NCBI RefSeq assembly: GCF_963921235.1
Contig: NC_086108.1
Coordinates: forward strand, 38,132,001-38,196,000
Length of the DNA: 64,000 nt
Direction of reading: 5' to 3'
From: Mobula hypostoma
Taxonomy: Eukaryota
A program made the position numbers and the translations under genes. The notes below the pieces were generated by a model. The model saw only the letters and a list, made by a program, of their open reading frames with translations, ran no database searches and was not told the origin of the DNA. Of this stretch, positions 38,668 through 51,560 are shown piece by piece (position 1 is the first letter of the stretch; each line of letters begins with the position of its first letter).

Positions 38668-38859
38668 ATGGTGACAAGTAAGTTTTAAAATGACTACCTA
38701 CCTGTTCAAGTTCAGCACGTTTTTTGACTTTGCAAGGGAGAGAGAGAACGTCAAGTTAAAAATAAAAGTGAAGCACATATTTTTTACTTTGGAAGGGCAG
38801 TGAGATGTTTGAGTTAAAAAAAAGCCAGAAAATGAATTAAATTCATGGGTTCATAAATA

Positions 38860-39341
38860 CGAGGGGTGATTGATAAGTTCATGGCCTAAGATAAAAGGAG
38901 TCAATTATAGAAAACCTAGCACATTTATTTTTCCTACATTTACACACTTAGTCCAGCAGTCGTGGAGCATACAGACCCCTTCTTTGTAGAAGTCGGCGTC
39001 TTGGATCTCCAGAAGTGGTCCACAGCAGAGGTGATTGATAAGTTTGTGGCCTAAGGTAGAAGGAGATGAGTTACTAACTTCCTTCTGCATTTTCACCCAA
39101 AGAGTTGACCCGCACGTGCATATAGTGAGAGCTGTATGACTCGTCTTCTTCTACCTTAGGCCACAAACGTATCAATCACCCCTGCTGTGGACCACTTCTA
39201 CAAAGAAGGGATCCGTATGCTCCATGACCGCTGGACTAAGTGTGTACATGTAGGAGGGGACCATGTTGAAAAATAAATGTGCTAGGTTTTCTAAAATTGA
39301 CTCCTTCTACCTTAGGCCATGAACTTATCAATCACCCCACG
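38860..39341. mobile_element. Mariner-derived MITE with nested terminal repeats
   Basis: TA-cgaggggtgattgataagtt...aacttatcaatcaccccacg-TA; carries transposase C-terminal remnant FYKEG.RMLHDRWTKCV..GGD.VEK*. Confidence 0.85.
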
Positions 39342-39386
39342 TAGTGAGTACCAGGTGATCATTTTAATAACTAAATAACACAGAAA

Positions 39387-39586
39387 TGGTTGGCTTGGTT
39401 GGAATGATAGATGTGCTTGATTACACAAAGCTACAGTAATTGGGTTGAACCAAAACCGTTGTTAATTGCAGAGCACTGTAGGTTTCTGGTTGGCTTGGTT
39501 GGAATGATAGATGTGCTTGATTACACAAAGCTACAGTAATTGGGTTGAACCAAAACCGTTGTTAATTGCAGAGCACTGTAGGTTTC
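39387..39586 (+). repeat. Perfect 100-bp tandem duplication
   Basis: 39387-39486 is identical to 39487-39586. Confidence 0.95.
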
Positions 39587-42500
39587 ATGAGCATAATCTA
39601 AAGGAAGGGGAAATCCATATTAGCGTACATGACTGTATCGAAGGGATTGTCTGAGCATTGTCAGTTCAGTGATGGGTTTAATGATGCACTGAGAAATTGT
39701 TCAGTTTATGGAATCTTACAAGAAAGCATTCAAGAACTGCTCCTAACTGCAACACAACTCGTATTTAAAAGAGCAGTTGAAATCATTGTATCAATGGAAA
39801 CAGCAGCCAGAGACGGAATTGAGTTGTAGTCAGGAATGAAAGTGAGTGTGAATAAAATTGTAACATCTACACAGAAACTAGCCTGGCTGAACAAATCACC
39901 AGACCAATTGCAGGTTTAAAGGTGAAACTTGCAGAAAATGCAACAAAGCAGGGCACATAGAAAGAGCATGGCGGGCAAAGAAGAATAAATGGACTACGCA
40001 GGGAAGTGAAAAAGATGAAAAGTTAAGTTGCAGTTTCAAAAAGAGCACTAAACTGCATGCCGTTGATGAAAAATCTGATACTGATGAAAGTGATCCAGGA
40101 CTAAGTAGCCTTAAGATTTACAATGTGAAGATGAGCAACTGACAAGCAATATGGCTTACACCAGAAGTAAATAGCAAATTACCTAAAATGGAATTGGACA
40201 CTGGCTCAGCTGTTGTAGTCATTTCATAAAATGAGTTTGAATGGTACTTCAAAAATACTGAACTGAAGCCAGTAGATATCCAACTACGAATTTATATTCG
40301 GGAGATAACTCCTGTGGGAGTGACATTCATAACAGTTAAATAAAACAACCAAAAGCACATGTAATAATAACAGGAGGGCCAGTGTTGCAGGATTGTGATT
40401 GGCTGAGAAATTTCAATCAGTGGTTGATGCCCCAAGGCTACAGGATATGTCGTAGTTGCGATCCTTTTTAGAATTTGTCAATTGCTATAACAAGTTTCTG
40501 CCAAACCTAACTACTGTGCTCCACCCATTGAACTCATTATTACTATTTGGGAAGAAACAACAATGTACAAAGCAGTGTGAGATGGCTTTCCAAAAGACAA
40601 AGAAAATGGTGACGTCAGACATGGTACTCACGCATTATGATCCACACTTGCCTGTAACGCCTCACCTTATGGTAAAGATGAGGTCATGCCACATGCTATG
40701 AATGATGGAAGTGAACTCCCTATACCTGCATCACATTCCCTTACTGCTGCAGAGAAAAACTACACACATATTGACAGAGAGGTTTTGAGTCTGATTTGGA
40801 GTGTAAAAGGTTTCAACCACTACTTGTCTGGGAGTGACATTACCCTCGTTACTGATCAACATTTTCATTCTACAGAAGGGCATTCCACTAACATCAGAAG
40901 CACAAATGCAGAGATAGGCTCTGTTCTTGGAGGACACAATCAAAAGATCAAATCCAAGAGGACATCTAATCATCAAACTACTGATAGATTGTCCTGTTTA
41001 CCTTTGGAAAAGGAAATACCTAATAAATTTTCAAAAGATGACACTCCTCTTGATGTATTCTCCCTCATGCAAATTGAAAATATCCCTATTACAGCAGAGA
41101 TGATCCAAGGGAAATTGGAAAAGACCCCACACTGTCTCAAGTCTACACGGCAATGCAAAATAGCTGGAACATGCAGCAGAAATTCCACTTACTTTACCCC
41201 ATTCTTACCAGTGCCTGGATAAACTTGCCCTTGACAGTGTTACATTGATCGACCCTTGTAATAATGATCGGTGAGGCACAGAGAATCTGTGTTTACCAAC
41301 TTGTACTTTATTGTCTCACTTACACAACCAATACCTATGTGCACATCCTGACATTCCATGAACAGTCAAAGTGCAGAAAAGATATTGCCAGTTTAAAAGG
41401 AGTTTCTTCTGCTGGCCATATGTTCCTCGTAGTTTCAAATCTCAATGTGTCCATGGGGCACTTCACATCCACGATAGTTAGTCTCCTAGAGTTTCCGCCA
41501 CCAGCACACTTGAAGCTTTATATTCATTTCTAACCAATTCAAATACTGCATACCAGTGTCATTGGCTGTAGGTCATGTGTCTGACCTTTAACACCTTCTT
41601 ACTGGCTTTGCTCCAGACCAGCATCTATTCATTGCCCTCTTCCCAGCAAGTGAGAATTGGTAATTTAATCTCAATCAGTCACCAGCTTGAATCACACAGA
41701 CCAGCATTCACAAACCTGCATGTTATATCCAACCAAAGAACACCTCACAAATAACTTCTATAGAAATGATCCCTAGTTCAGCAGATTACCTGAGGCATCA
41801 TTGTGTTTGCTTTAAAACACTGACCAAGCCAAGCGATTGACTCACAAAATGGAGAACATAATCACTTCATAAAATGGCAGTGTCCATCTCCTCCGTCATG
41901 GCAAAAACAACAGCAATTGGGACGTCTGCTTCCACTATTCTTGACTCATTCAAATTCACTGATTTGCAGACTGTAGTTTTTTTTCCTGCCCAACAATGGA
42001 GGATAACTAATATGGGAATTGAGAGTCCTGTTACCATACAGGCTGAGAGGAAAGTGCTGGAGGAGCTACATACCAGTGATCTAGGCATGGTGAAAATGGA
42101 AATGTTGGCTTGAAGCTTCGTCTGGTGCCCTGAGATAAAACAACAAATTGGACAGCTTGCCATGCACTGTTCATGTCAACATGTCCAGAAGATGCCAAAA
42201 ACAGCAGCTCTCTATCCCACCAACCCTGGCAACAGATTAATGTGGATTTTGCTAGACCATTCATGGGTACAAATTTCCTAGTAATAATGGATGCAGCTAC
42301 AAAATGGCTAGAAACATTCCTAATAGTCTCCCACACAGATTTGCATACTGTTGATGTGTTGAGAAGCCTCTTCTCAGGCACTGATGCTCCAGAGCACTTA
42401 GACAGTGACAAAGGACCAAGTTTGCTGTAGAACAGCTTCAGTCATTCCTAAAAATGAATGGAATAAAACATATTACATCTACACCATACCACCCAGCTAC

Positions 42501-43458
42501 AAAAGGCTTGGCAGAAAAGTTTGCCCAGAGTGTAAAGAATACACTGCAGAGCACATTACATTAATACTGAATCCGAAGCTCACCAGTTTCCTCCTTGCTG
42601 CACACTTTACAACAACTCACCAGCAATGCCGTTCCTGGGTTGTCCCTTCTGCACATGCTTAGATCTCCTCAAATCCAATCTCAGAGTGAGTATGCAGGAC
42701 AAACAACTGAGATGAACTGAGAGCTCCTCAGACAAAGAGGTTCCATATTTCACTCCTGGACAAGCAGTCCCAGCTAGGGAATACAAGAGGTGATCAAAGG
42801 TGGGCACTTGGAAAGATTAAGAACAGAACTGGGTCACTCTCCCGCACAGTGGAGATTACATATGATATTATCTGGAAATGACATACTGATCATTTGAGGA
42901 GAGCAGAGTCAATTGTTAGAGAAGAAAGGTGTTCAGAGCTGTCAGAACCACCTCAAGCAATCCCAGTGTCAACTCCTACAACCATCAAGGCAGAGGCCCA
43001 GAGCTTGAAAGTGTTTTACAGGCACAGGTCTCAGTTGCCAAGCAGAGTAATCCCCCTTGTCAGGAAAGACATTATCCTACAAGTGTAAAAAATCTATAGA
43101 TCCTTAGGGACAATCTAAAATTTCCAATGTATTGGATGTCTACATTATAGTTGCCTATTGCCTATATATATATATTGTGTGTGTGTGTGACGATCTGGGT
43201 GGGGGTGTGGTCCACAGCCTGCCCCTGCATTTCTAACAACCAGTACTGTTTACTGTTCTTGTGTTAAAATGCTTTTGTGGGATTATGGTGGGAAGTTCCA
43301 GTTCATTTATTGCTACAATTTAGCTTGGGTTATACAGTTATTCATCTGTGTATTTGTGGATCACCCTGACTGTAACCGGGGTGTGTGATGGTCACCTCCC
43401 CCGTCTGTGTGAGACTGGTTGGGTACATTCTTCGGGTCATGGTGTCCGGTCTGTTTCT

Positions 43459-46400
43459 TGACACCTTCGCGCTGCTGACGGGCACCATTGCCTACGTGCA
43501 GGACAGGGGGCTGGACACCTGCCCAGTCAGCTTGGACCAGGAGAAAGCCTTCGACGGGATATCATACATGTACAGTTGAAGTCAGAAGTTTACATACGTT
43601 TAGCCAAATATATTTAAACTCAGTTTTTCACAATTCCTGACATTTAATCCTAGAAAACATTCCCTGTCTTAGGTCAGTTAGGATCACTACTTTATTTTAA
43701 AAATGTGAAATGTCAGAATAATAGTAGAGAGAATGATTTATTTCAGCTTTTATTTCTTTCATCACTTTCCTAGTGGCTCAGAAGTTTACATACACTCTGT
43801 TAGTATTTGGCAGCATTGCCTTCAAATTGTTTAACTTGGGTCAAACATTTTGGATAGCCTTCCACAAGCTTCTCACAGTAAGTTGTTGGAATTTTGTTCC
43901 ATTCCTCCAGAATTCCTCCAGACGGAACTGTTGTAACTGAGTCAGGTTTGTAGGCCTTCTTGCTCACACATGCTTTTTCAGTTCTGCCCACAAATTTTCT
44001 ATCGGATTGAGGTCAGGGCTTTGGAATGGCCACTCCAATACCATGACTTTGTTGTCCACAACTTTGGAAGTATGCTTGGGGACATTGTCCATTTGGGAGA
44101 CCCATTCACCACCGAGCTTTAACCTCCTGGCTGATGTCTTGAGATGTTGCTTCAATATATCCACATAATTTTCCTTCCTCATGATGCCATCTATTTTGTG
44201 AAGTGTACCAGTCCCTCCTGCAGCAAAGCATCCTCACAACATGATGCTGCCACCCCCATGCTTCACGGTTGGGATGGTGTTCTTCAGCTTCCAAGCCTCA
44301 CCCTTTTTCCTCCAAACATAACAATGGTCATTCTGGCCAAACAGTTCAATTTTTGTTTCATCAGACTAGAGGACATTTCTCCAAAAAGTAAAATCTTTGT
44401 CCCCATGTGCACTTGCAAACTGTAGTCTGGCTTTTTAGTGTGGTTTTTGAGCAGTGGCTTCTTCCTTGCTGAGCAGCCTTTCAGGTTATGTCGATACAGG
44501 ACTCGTTTTACAGTGGATATAGATACACGTCTACCTGTTTCCTCCAGCATCTTCCCAAGGTCCTTTGCTGTTGTTCTGGAATTGATTTGCACTTTTTGCG
44601 CCAAAGTACATTCATCCCTAGGAGACAGAATGTGTCTCTTTCTTGAGCGGTATGACAGCTGCGTGGTCCCATGGTGTTTATACTTGCATACTATTGTTTT
44701 TACATATGAACGTGGTACCCTCAGGCGTTTGGAAATTGCTCCCAAGGATGAACCAGACTTGACATCATTTTCTGACCTCAATCTGATAGAAAGTTTGTGG
44801 GTAGAACTGAAAAAGCATGTGCGAGCAAGGAGGCCTACAAACCTGACTCAGTCACACTAGTTCTGCCTGGAGGAATGGAACAAAATTCCAGCAACTTACT
44901 GTGAGAAGCTTGTGGAAGGCTACCCAAAACGTTTGACCCAAGTTAAACAATTTAAAGGCAATGTTACCAAATACTAACAAAGTGTATGTAAACTTCTGAC
45001 CCACTGGGAAAGTGATAAAAGAAATAAAAGCTGAAATAAATCATTCTCTCTACTATTATTATGACATTTCACATTCTTAAAATAAAGTAGTGATCCTAAC
45101 TGACCTAAGACAGGGAATGTTTTCTAGGATTAAATGTCAGGAATTGTGAAAAACTGAGTTTAAATGTATTTGGCTAAGGTGTAGGTAAACTTCTGACTTC
45201 AACTGTACATGGCAGACGTACTCTCCAAAATGGGATTTGGGGAGGGAATCAGGAATTGGATCAAACTGCTCTACACAGACATCTGTAGTGCAGTCCAAGT
45301 CAACGGGTGGGAAACAGATAGTTTCCCCATCAAGCCTGGAGTCAAACAGGGCTGCCCTCTCTCCCCTGTCTTGTTCGTGTGCTGCATACAGCCCTTTGCC
45401 GAAGCCATCAGCAGGGATGAGGGCATAAGTGGGGTGACGCTGCCAGGCAGTGGAGGGACCCAAGTGAAAACCTCCCTGTACATGGACGACGTCACCATCT
45501 TCTGCTCTGATCCGAGGTCAGTTCACAGGCTGATTGGCATCTGCGACCAGTTTGAGCTGGTGTCGGGGGCCAGAGCCAACCACACGAAGAGTGAAGCCAT
45601 GCTCTTCGGCAACTGGCCGACCGATCCAGTGTCTCTTTCACCATCAGGTCTGATCACGTGAAGGTGTTGGGGATCTAGTTCAGAGGGGCCGAGGCATGCA
45701 ATAAGAACTGGCTGGAGCAGATTGCCAAGGTAAAACAGAAACTGGTCGCTCCCTATCGATAACGGGCAAGAACCTGGTCATCAAATGTGAGGTGCTCTCA
45801 GGGCTGCTGTACTTGGTGCAAGTGTGGCCCGTCCCCCACTCCTGCAGCTCGGAAATCACCTGACCCGTCTTTAGATTTGTCTGGGGATCCAAGATGGAGT
45901 GGGTCAGACGGGCTACCATGCACAAGTCCCTGGACAATGGGGGCAAAAATGTTCCCAATGTCCCCCTCATCCTGATGGCCAGCTTCATGTGTAGCTGCAT
46001 CAGGTTGTGTGTAGAACCCAGGTACGTGAGCACCAAGTACTACTATGTGCCCAGGTTCTACTTGTCGCCCTGGCTACGAAGGATGGGTCTGGCCCCATTT
46101 CCGCGCAACGCCCCAGTCAGCTGGTCGTTGCCACACTACCTGCCCTTTGTGGAGGAGTTCTTCCAGGACAGCACCTTTGACCACAGGACCATCAGGCAGT
46201 GGTCGACACAGAATGTCCTGCAGACACTGCAGAAGAACGTGATGGACACAGTGGGTTGGGTTCCTTGAGCAGACCGTCCAGTTCACCGGGCAAAATGCCT
46301 CATCGCCAGACCTCACCAACAGGAACAAAACCTTGCCAGTTTGGCAGTGAGAGGGGCCCTCCCAGTCAGATCCCTCCTGTATGCCCAGAACATCGTCTCC

Positions 46401-46970
46401 ACACCCCGCTGCCCATGGGAGGACTGCAGTGAGGCGGAGTCAGTGTCCCACAACACACTGTGGGTTGGCGGAGAAGGTGTGGAGGAGGATGGAGGGGCTA
46501 GTGTCACACTTCATCCCCAGCAGCCGCCTAACAGAGGACTCTCTGATCTACCAGCTGTTCCCAGGGACGCCCTGGAGACAAACATCCGGTGCTGCTGGCA
46601 GATCATCAACTCGGTGAAAGATGCTCTTTGGCTGGCCCGATACTTGATGGTCTACCAGCACATGGAGATGTTCGTGGCAGAATGTTGCCAACTGGCACAT
46701 TCTCAGCTGCAGGAGTACCTGCTGAGGGATGCACTGAAACTTGGTGCAGCCACCGTAAGGGCCTGGTGGGGAAGGACCACGGTTTAGGGCTCTTCTACTG
46801 CAGGAGTGGGAGGGGTTGGGTGGCGGGGAGTATACCACTCAACAATGGTGGCTGAAAGTGTGGAAATGTATAGAATATAGTGGAAACGTCTGTAAAGGAT
46901 TGAGAGTCATTGACTGGTTTATTGTAAATAATTTTATTTTGAATAAAGTATATTTTGTTAATAAAAAATA
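43459..46970 (+). mobile_element. Tx1/L1-clade LINE, 5'-truncated, split by a Tc1
   Basis: SLDQEKAFDGISYM|YMADVLSKMGFG continuous across the Tc1; GVKQGCPLSP, LYMDDV, AVRGALPVR..CPW; aataaagtatattttg plus A-rich tail. Confidence 0.88.
43573..45205 (-). mobile_element. Sleeping Beauty/Tss1-like IR/DR Tc1 transposon with two right ends
   Basis: TA-cagttgaagtcagaagtttac...gtaaacttctgacttcaactg-TA; transposase pieces KSGSSLGAISKRL...ARKKPLL, MRKENYVDILKQHLKTS, SPDLNPIENLW, ...QFEGNAAKY; about 440-bp inverted arms 43573-44016 / 44772-45205. Confidence 0.95.
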
Positions 46971-48860
46971 AATTGTTGTTGAGTTAAAGAGCTTCCTCGT
47001 CTGTCATTATGGACCAAATGCTCGCCACATTGGTGCCAAGAGTGGGATGCGAGAAAAGCTACAACGGCGGATAGGGTGCCTTAAGACCTGGAGAATAAGA
47101 CAAGGGACCGAGCAGTGTGCCTCTCCTGCACCCACGGGCAGGGCTTGTGAAGATGGGACCCAGAGGGAGGACCTGGGAACAGAGCAGGGCAGAGTGCATC
47201 ACTCACCTCCGTCGCGACCCGCACCGGGGAGCCAAAGACGCCATAGCCATGGGAGGATGGACACCATGGCAGACACCGCCGGAGCATCAGGAAGGTCAAA
47301 GGGCCTCGACAATTTGCGCCTCAAGGTCTACCCTGAAGCTCCCCAGATACAACGGTACCAGCCGCCTGGAGCCGTATCTGGTGCAAGTCAATCTTGCCGC
47401 ATGGCACAACGCTTGGATCCCACCGAGACGGCGGGGCACCTTGCCCTGGCTCTGGAGGGAGATGCCATGCGGGTCCTCCTCGACCTAACGCCAGCAGAGC
47501 AGTGCGTCTACGGGGCGCTCAAGCGGCGTTTTGAGCAGAGGCCATGGACAGAAGCAATGAGGGAAGAACTGTGCAGCAGACGGTGCCGTATGGGCAGGGG
47601 TGGAGTGCTGCCGGAGCTCACCTTAAAAAGTCAAAATAAACAAGCGGGGAATTTAACAGCGGCCCCATATTAAATAGAGGGAATTTTACAGAAGCGGGGG
47701 TTGGGGAGTGGGGTTGGTGGCTGGTGGGGAAAATACCAGTAATAACATTAGGATAGGATATTTGATCATTTTTGGTGAAATCCTGGAGCTGTGACTGTTT
47801 TTTATTTAGGTATTTGTGAAATTTGTCCTCGCTCAACCCGTTGTTTTCCCAGCATACGCTGCTGTAGCCTCCCACCATTTCACGGATCCTCAGTCTCTCT
47901 CCAGCTGAGGGGCAACTGTACACAAGTGTGAGCATTTTTCTGCTCTTTCCAATGGGTACCATTGGATTCCCGGTAGGAGCTATATGAAACAAGGAACAAA
48001 CGTCGCAACCTAAGGTTAAAAGTCAAAAATAATGAAAGAAAAATTCACTGTTCACTTCTCTTGGGCCTGATTTTGATGAAATATTCAAGGTAATCATCCA
48101 AAATCCTCTTCTACACCTGGAAAAAGTGAATTTAATTTTTTTTACAAGCCAAATGGGAAAAAAAAATAATTTCTAGGCTCTACGCTAGTTTATGTCATTC
48201 CAACTATCAATAGCAGATCAGCCCCTTGGCCGAGCTCCACCAACTATAGTTGATTGGAAAGAGGCCCTTTTTCTCTTAGTGTTGATAGGAAAAAGAGTAA
48301 TTTAGTGAGGCAATGATCAAGACGAAACACATTTCCAAACCTCCCAAATGGTTGCTCTCCTCCCGTTAACATTTGTCACTTCCAAAATACGACATTTTTT
48401 ATTTGTACAGATACGATAATTTATGTAAAGATTATATTTAAAGACTAAACAGGGTCTGTATTGGTCTGATCATGTAATACCCGACGTGTGAGGATATTGT
48501 GAGTATTGACACTCACAGGTACACTTCCTGTCCAACCATTTCTGCGAGAGAAACGGTATGAGGTAGAGTTACCAACCTACCGCTTTTGATACTAATATTC
48601 AGCAATATTCGTGGCTTTAGCAATAGTTTATTAGATGTTCTTTTTCATACTTGATTACAGTACTTGGTTCCAATTTAGGTGGCTAAAAGCGTAAAAAGCT
48701 TATTTGCTTTATTTCTGTTATTTTTATACCTGCTTGGGAACACTGCTAAGCGCTGCGGGCCCTGCTGTTTGTTCTGACTCAGTCGTATTAGCAGGCTACA
48801 CCCGTGGTGGTCCACAGATTACTTGCTAATACAAATGTTAATTTTTCTCAATAACAACCC

Positions 48861-51128
48861 TATGGCTTCTTAGCAAACAATGTTAACTTCTTTCTTTCGT
48901 AAACAAGCTGAGGAGTGTAACAAGAATAAATTACAAGAGACTGATAACAGTAAAAGTGTTTTGCCTGCTTCTAGTTCAAATTTTCTAACTGGGTCCAAAT
49001 GCAGTTCTGAAAGTAATGGTCCTTCGAAGTCAGGCTTGTATCCCTGTTCAGATGTTTGAACTGAAGAAATGTGGAAGAAAAAGAAGGAAACTTATCCGTA
49101 GTTAGACTTCAAGGATGATACACTTGAAGTATGTAAAGTATGTGCAACTGCAAACAAAAGCAAATTGACACGTTTCACTTCTAAGGGTTTGAGGCTGTCA
49201 GATGAATGGCAGATGTACCAAGTATCCTATTCTGGAGCCGATCGAAGTACATGCTTGAAGTCTCTCAGAAAAAAAATTGTTGATCACTAACTATCAAAAG
49301 CTCATACTGTTGCTCTAAGTGTTGAAAATATAACTAGTGAAGGTGCTCTTGGAAAATTATGTGACACCATGAATGCTTCGCATCTAAAGGCAACTTGTTC
49401 AATTTTTCGTTCTGCATATTGTTTAGCTCAGAATGACAGACCATACTCTGATCACTTTGGCTTATTGGAACTTCAAAAAAATAATGGTATTGACATTGGA
49501 ATTGGACTGCATTCCCACACTAGTGCTGCAGACATAATTAATCACATAGCCATTAACATGAAAAAGAAAATTTGCCAGCATATCAAGAGGGTAAATGGCA
49601 AATTTCCGCTCTCATTGATGAATCAACAAGCCTGAGCATTAAGACTGTCCTAATAGTTTATTTGAAATGTGAAAGTTATAAGGAAGATGATCCCCATTTT
49701 ATGTTTTTAGATCTAATTGAACTGCCTGATCAGAAAGCTGCAACTATTGCTAAGCATCTATTGAACAGTCCCAATAACTATGGGTTTGATGACTCTTACT
49801 TGAAACAGAACCTTGTAGCATTTGCTAGTGATGGGGCGAGCGTAATGTTTGGTGTCAAATCTGGTGTTGCTACAAATCTCAAGGAACATTACCCTGATGT
49901 GTTAATTTGACACTGTCTTAATCACAGATTAGAACTTGCAGTAGGTGATTCAGTGAGAGAAGTTGTTGCTTGTTTAGGTAATTTCTCCAAACTTCCCCTT
50001 TTCAACTGCCTCTTGAGCTTCTAGAGTTCAATCATTTATGAACAAATTGTACTCTGTTTACAGTAGATCACCTTAAATCAAAAGGAACTGTCTGAATGTG
50101 CCTCTCATCTAGAACGACAAATTTGCAAAATAGGCCGTGTTCTGGGCACCAGGTGGGTAGCTAGCTCATTTCGAACAGTTTCAGCAGTGTGGCAAAATTA
50201 TGAAGCACTGTATTTTCATTTTGAAAAAGCAATGAAGGATGAAACAAGATCTGGGAGTGACAGAAAAACCTATGAAGGTCGGTCGAAAAGACTCGCTTCA
50301 GAACAGTTTCTAATGGACTTAGCTCTAATGTATGACACGTTGCATGAACTTGGTTTACTGTCAGAGTGTTTACAGAAACGCACTACTACGATTGTTTATG
50401 CTGACAAACTGATCAAACGGAGCATAAGATCACTGCATGGACTGAAAGAGCAACCTGGTACAAAAACTCTAGAAGCTCAAGAGGCAGTTGAAAAGGGGAA
50501 GGTTGGAGAAATTACCTAAACAAGCAACAACAAAATTGTCTCTATTAATTATCTACAGTTTCCTACTAGTCTTATAAACAATTTGCAGCACCGTATGTTC
50601 ACAGCAACATCCTTGAAAGGTTCTCAAACTTCTAAACCTCAAAGTATGTATGAATCCCTGCTAAATGAAATGTGTGTCCTTGTTAAAGATAACTGGCCTG
50701 CTGAAATACCACATAATTATGGAGAAGCTGCAATATCATCTCTCCGTAAGAGGTTTAAGCTTTCTTCTTCCTCTGTAAAAAATGCCTTCAGAGATTATGT
50801 GGAGGATTGTGGACGCCACATCCCCCAAGATTTACACCCATTACTGAGCTGTTCACAAGTTATTCCTATTAGTACTGCTGAGCATGAGAAAGGATTCAGT
50901 TACATGAACTTCATGATAATAACAACAACACGCTCAAGGATTCTCATAGATCATGTATCAGCACTTATGTTTATTAAACTACATGGACTTCCTCTAGTTC
51001 AGTGGAATCCTGAGCTGTATGTCACATCATGGCTGCGGTACCACAGATCAGCAGATGACACCAAGACAAGGGTTGCTTCAGACCCCAGAACACATATTAC
51101 GCCTGGCCCTTTGTGGAAATTATTGTGA
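48861..51128 (+). pseudogene. hAT transposase pseudogene (KIAA1586/ZNF862-like)
   Basis: LIDESTS, ASDGASVM, HCLNHRLEL, TRWVASS, IPISTAEHEKGFS motifs in order, with stops and frameshifts. Confidence 0.85.
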
Positions 51129-51267
51129 AACTTCTCATTGGTGGCATTTGGTAAATAAGTAATGACTTTTAAATTGGTAAAATACATGATTACCGTCTTT
51201 TTCTTTACTGGCTTGATAATTATATTTTATGATAATTAGTGAGTGCAATCATGCAATACTTCATATA

Positions 51268-51362
51268 TGTCACACCCAATTTGTGTACCTGCTCGTTACA
51301 TGAACGGGGCAAGGAAGTAGCCCAGTACATGAAATGAGCAGGTACACAAATTGGGTGTGACG
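51268..51362. mobile_element. 95-bp TA-flanked MITE
   Basis: Perfect 26-bp arms gtcacacccaatttgtgtacctgctc (51269-51294 / 51336-51361); TA on both sides. Confidence 0.7.
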
Positions 51363-51364
51363 TA

Positions 51365-51560
51365 CCAGAGGTGATTGATAAGTTCATGGCCTTAGGTAGA
51401 AGGAGTCAATTTTTGAAAACCTAGCAATTTTCAATTATCTGAAACAGAAATACCACAGAAGTTATTAACTTCAAACTTTCTGCATAATCTGAGTTGAACT
51501 ACACTTGCATGTAACAAGAGCTGTATAACCTTAGGCCACGAACTTATCAATCACCCCTCG
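51365..51560. mobile_element. Short mariner-derived MITE, same family as 38860-39341
   Basis: gaggtgattgataagttcatggcc ... ggccacgaacttatcaatcacccctcg, TA flanks. Confidence 0.8.

Noticed and set aside
41238..41995. Insert interrupting the old Gypsy integrase (TG...CA-like ends)
   Set aside because: The interruption looks real, but I could not find a TSD, LTR pair or family, so it is not listed as a feature
49369..51128. Domesticated KIAA1586/ZNF862-like host gene
   Set aside because: Multiple stops and frameshifts, and bounded by TIRs and an 8-bp TSD, so a dead transposon
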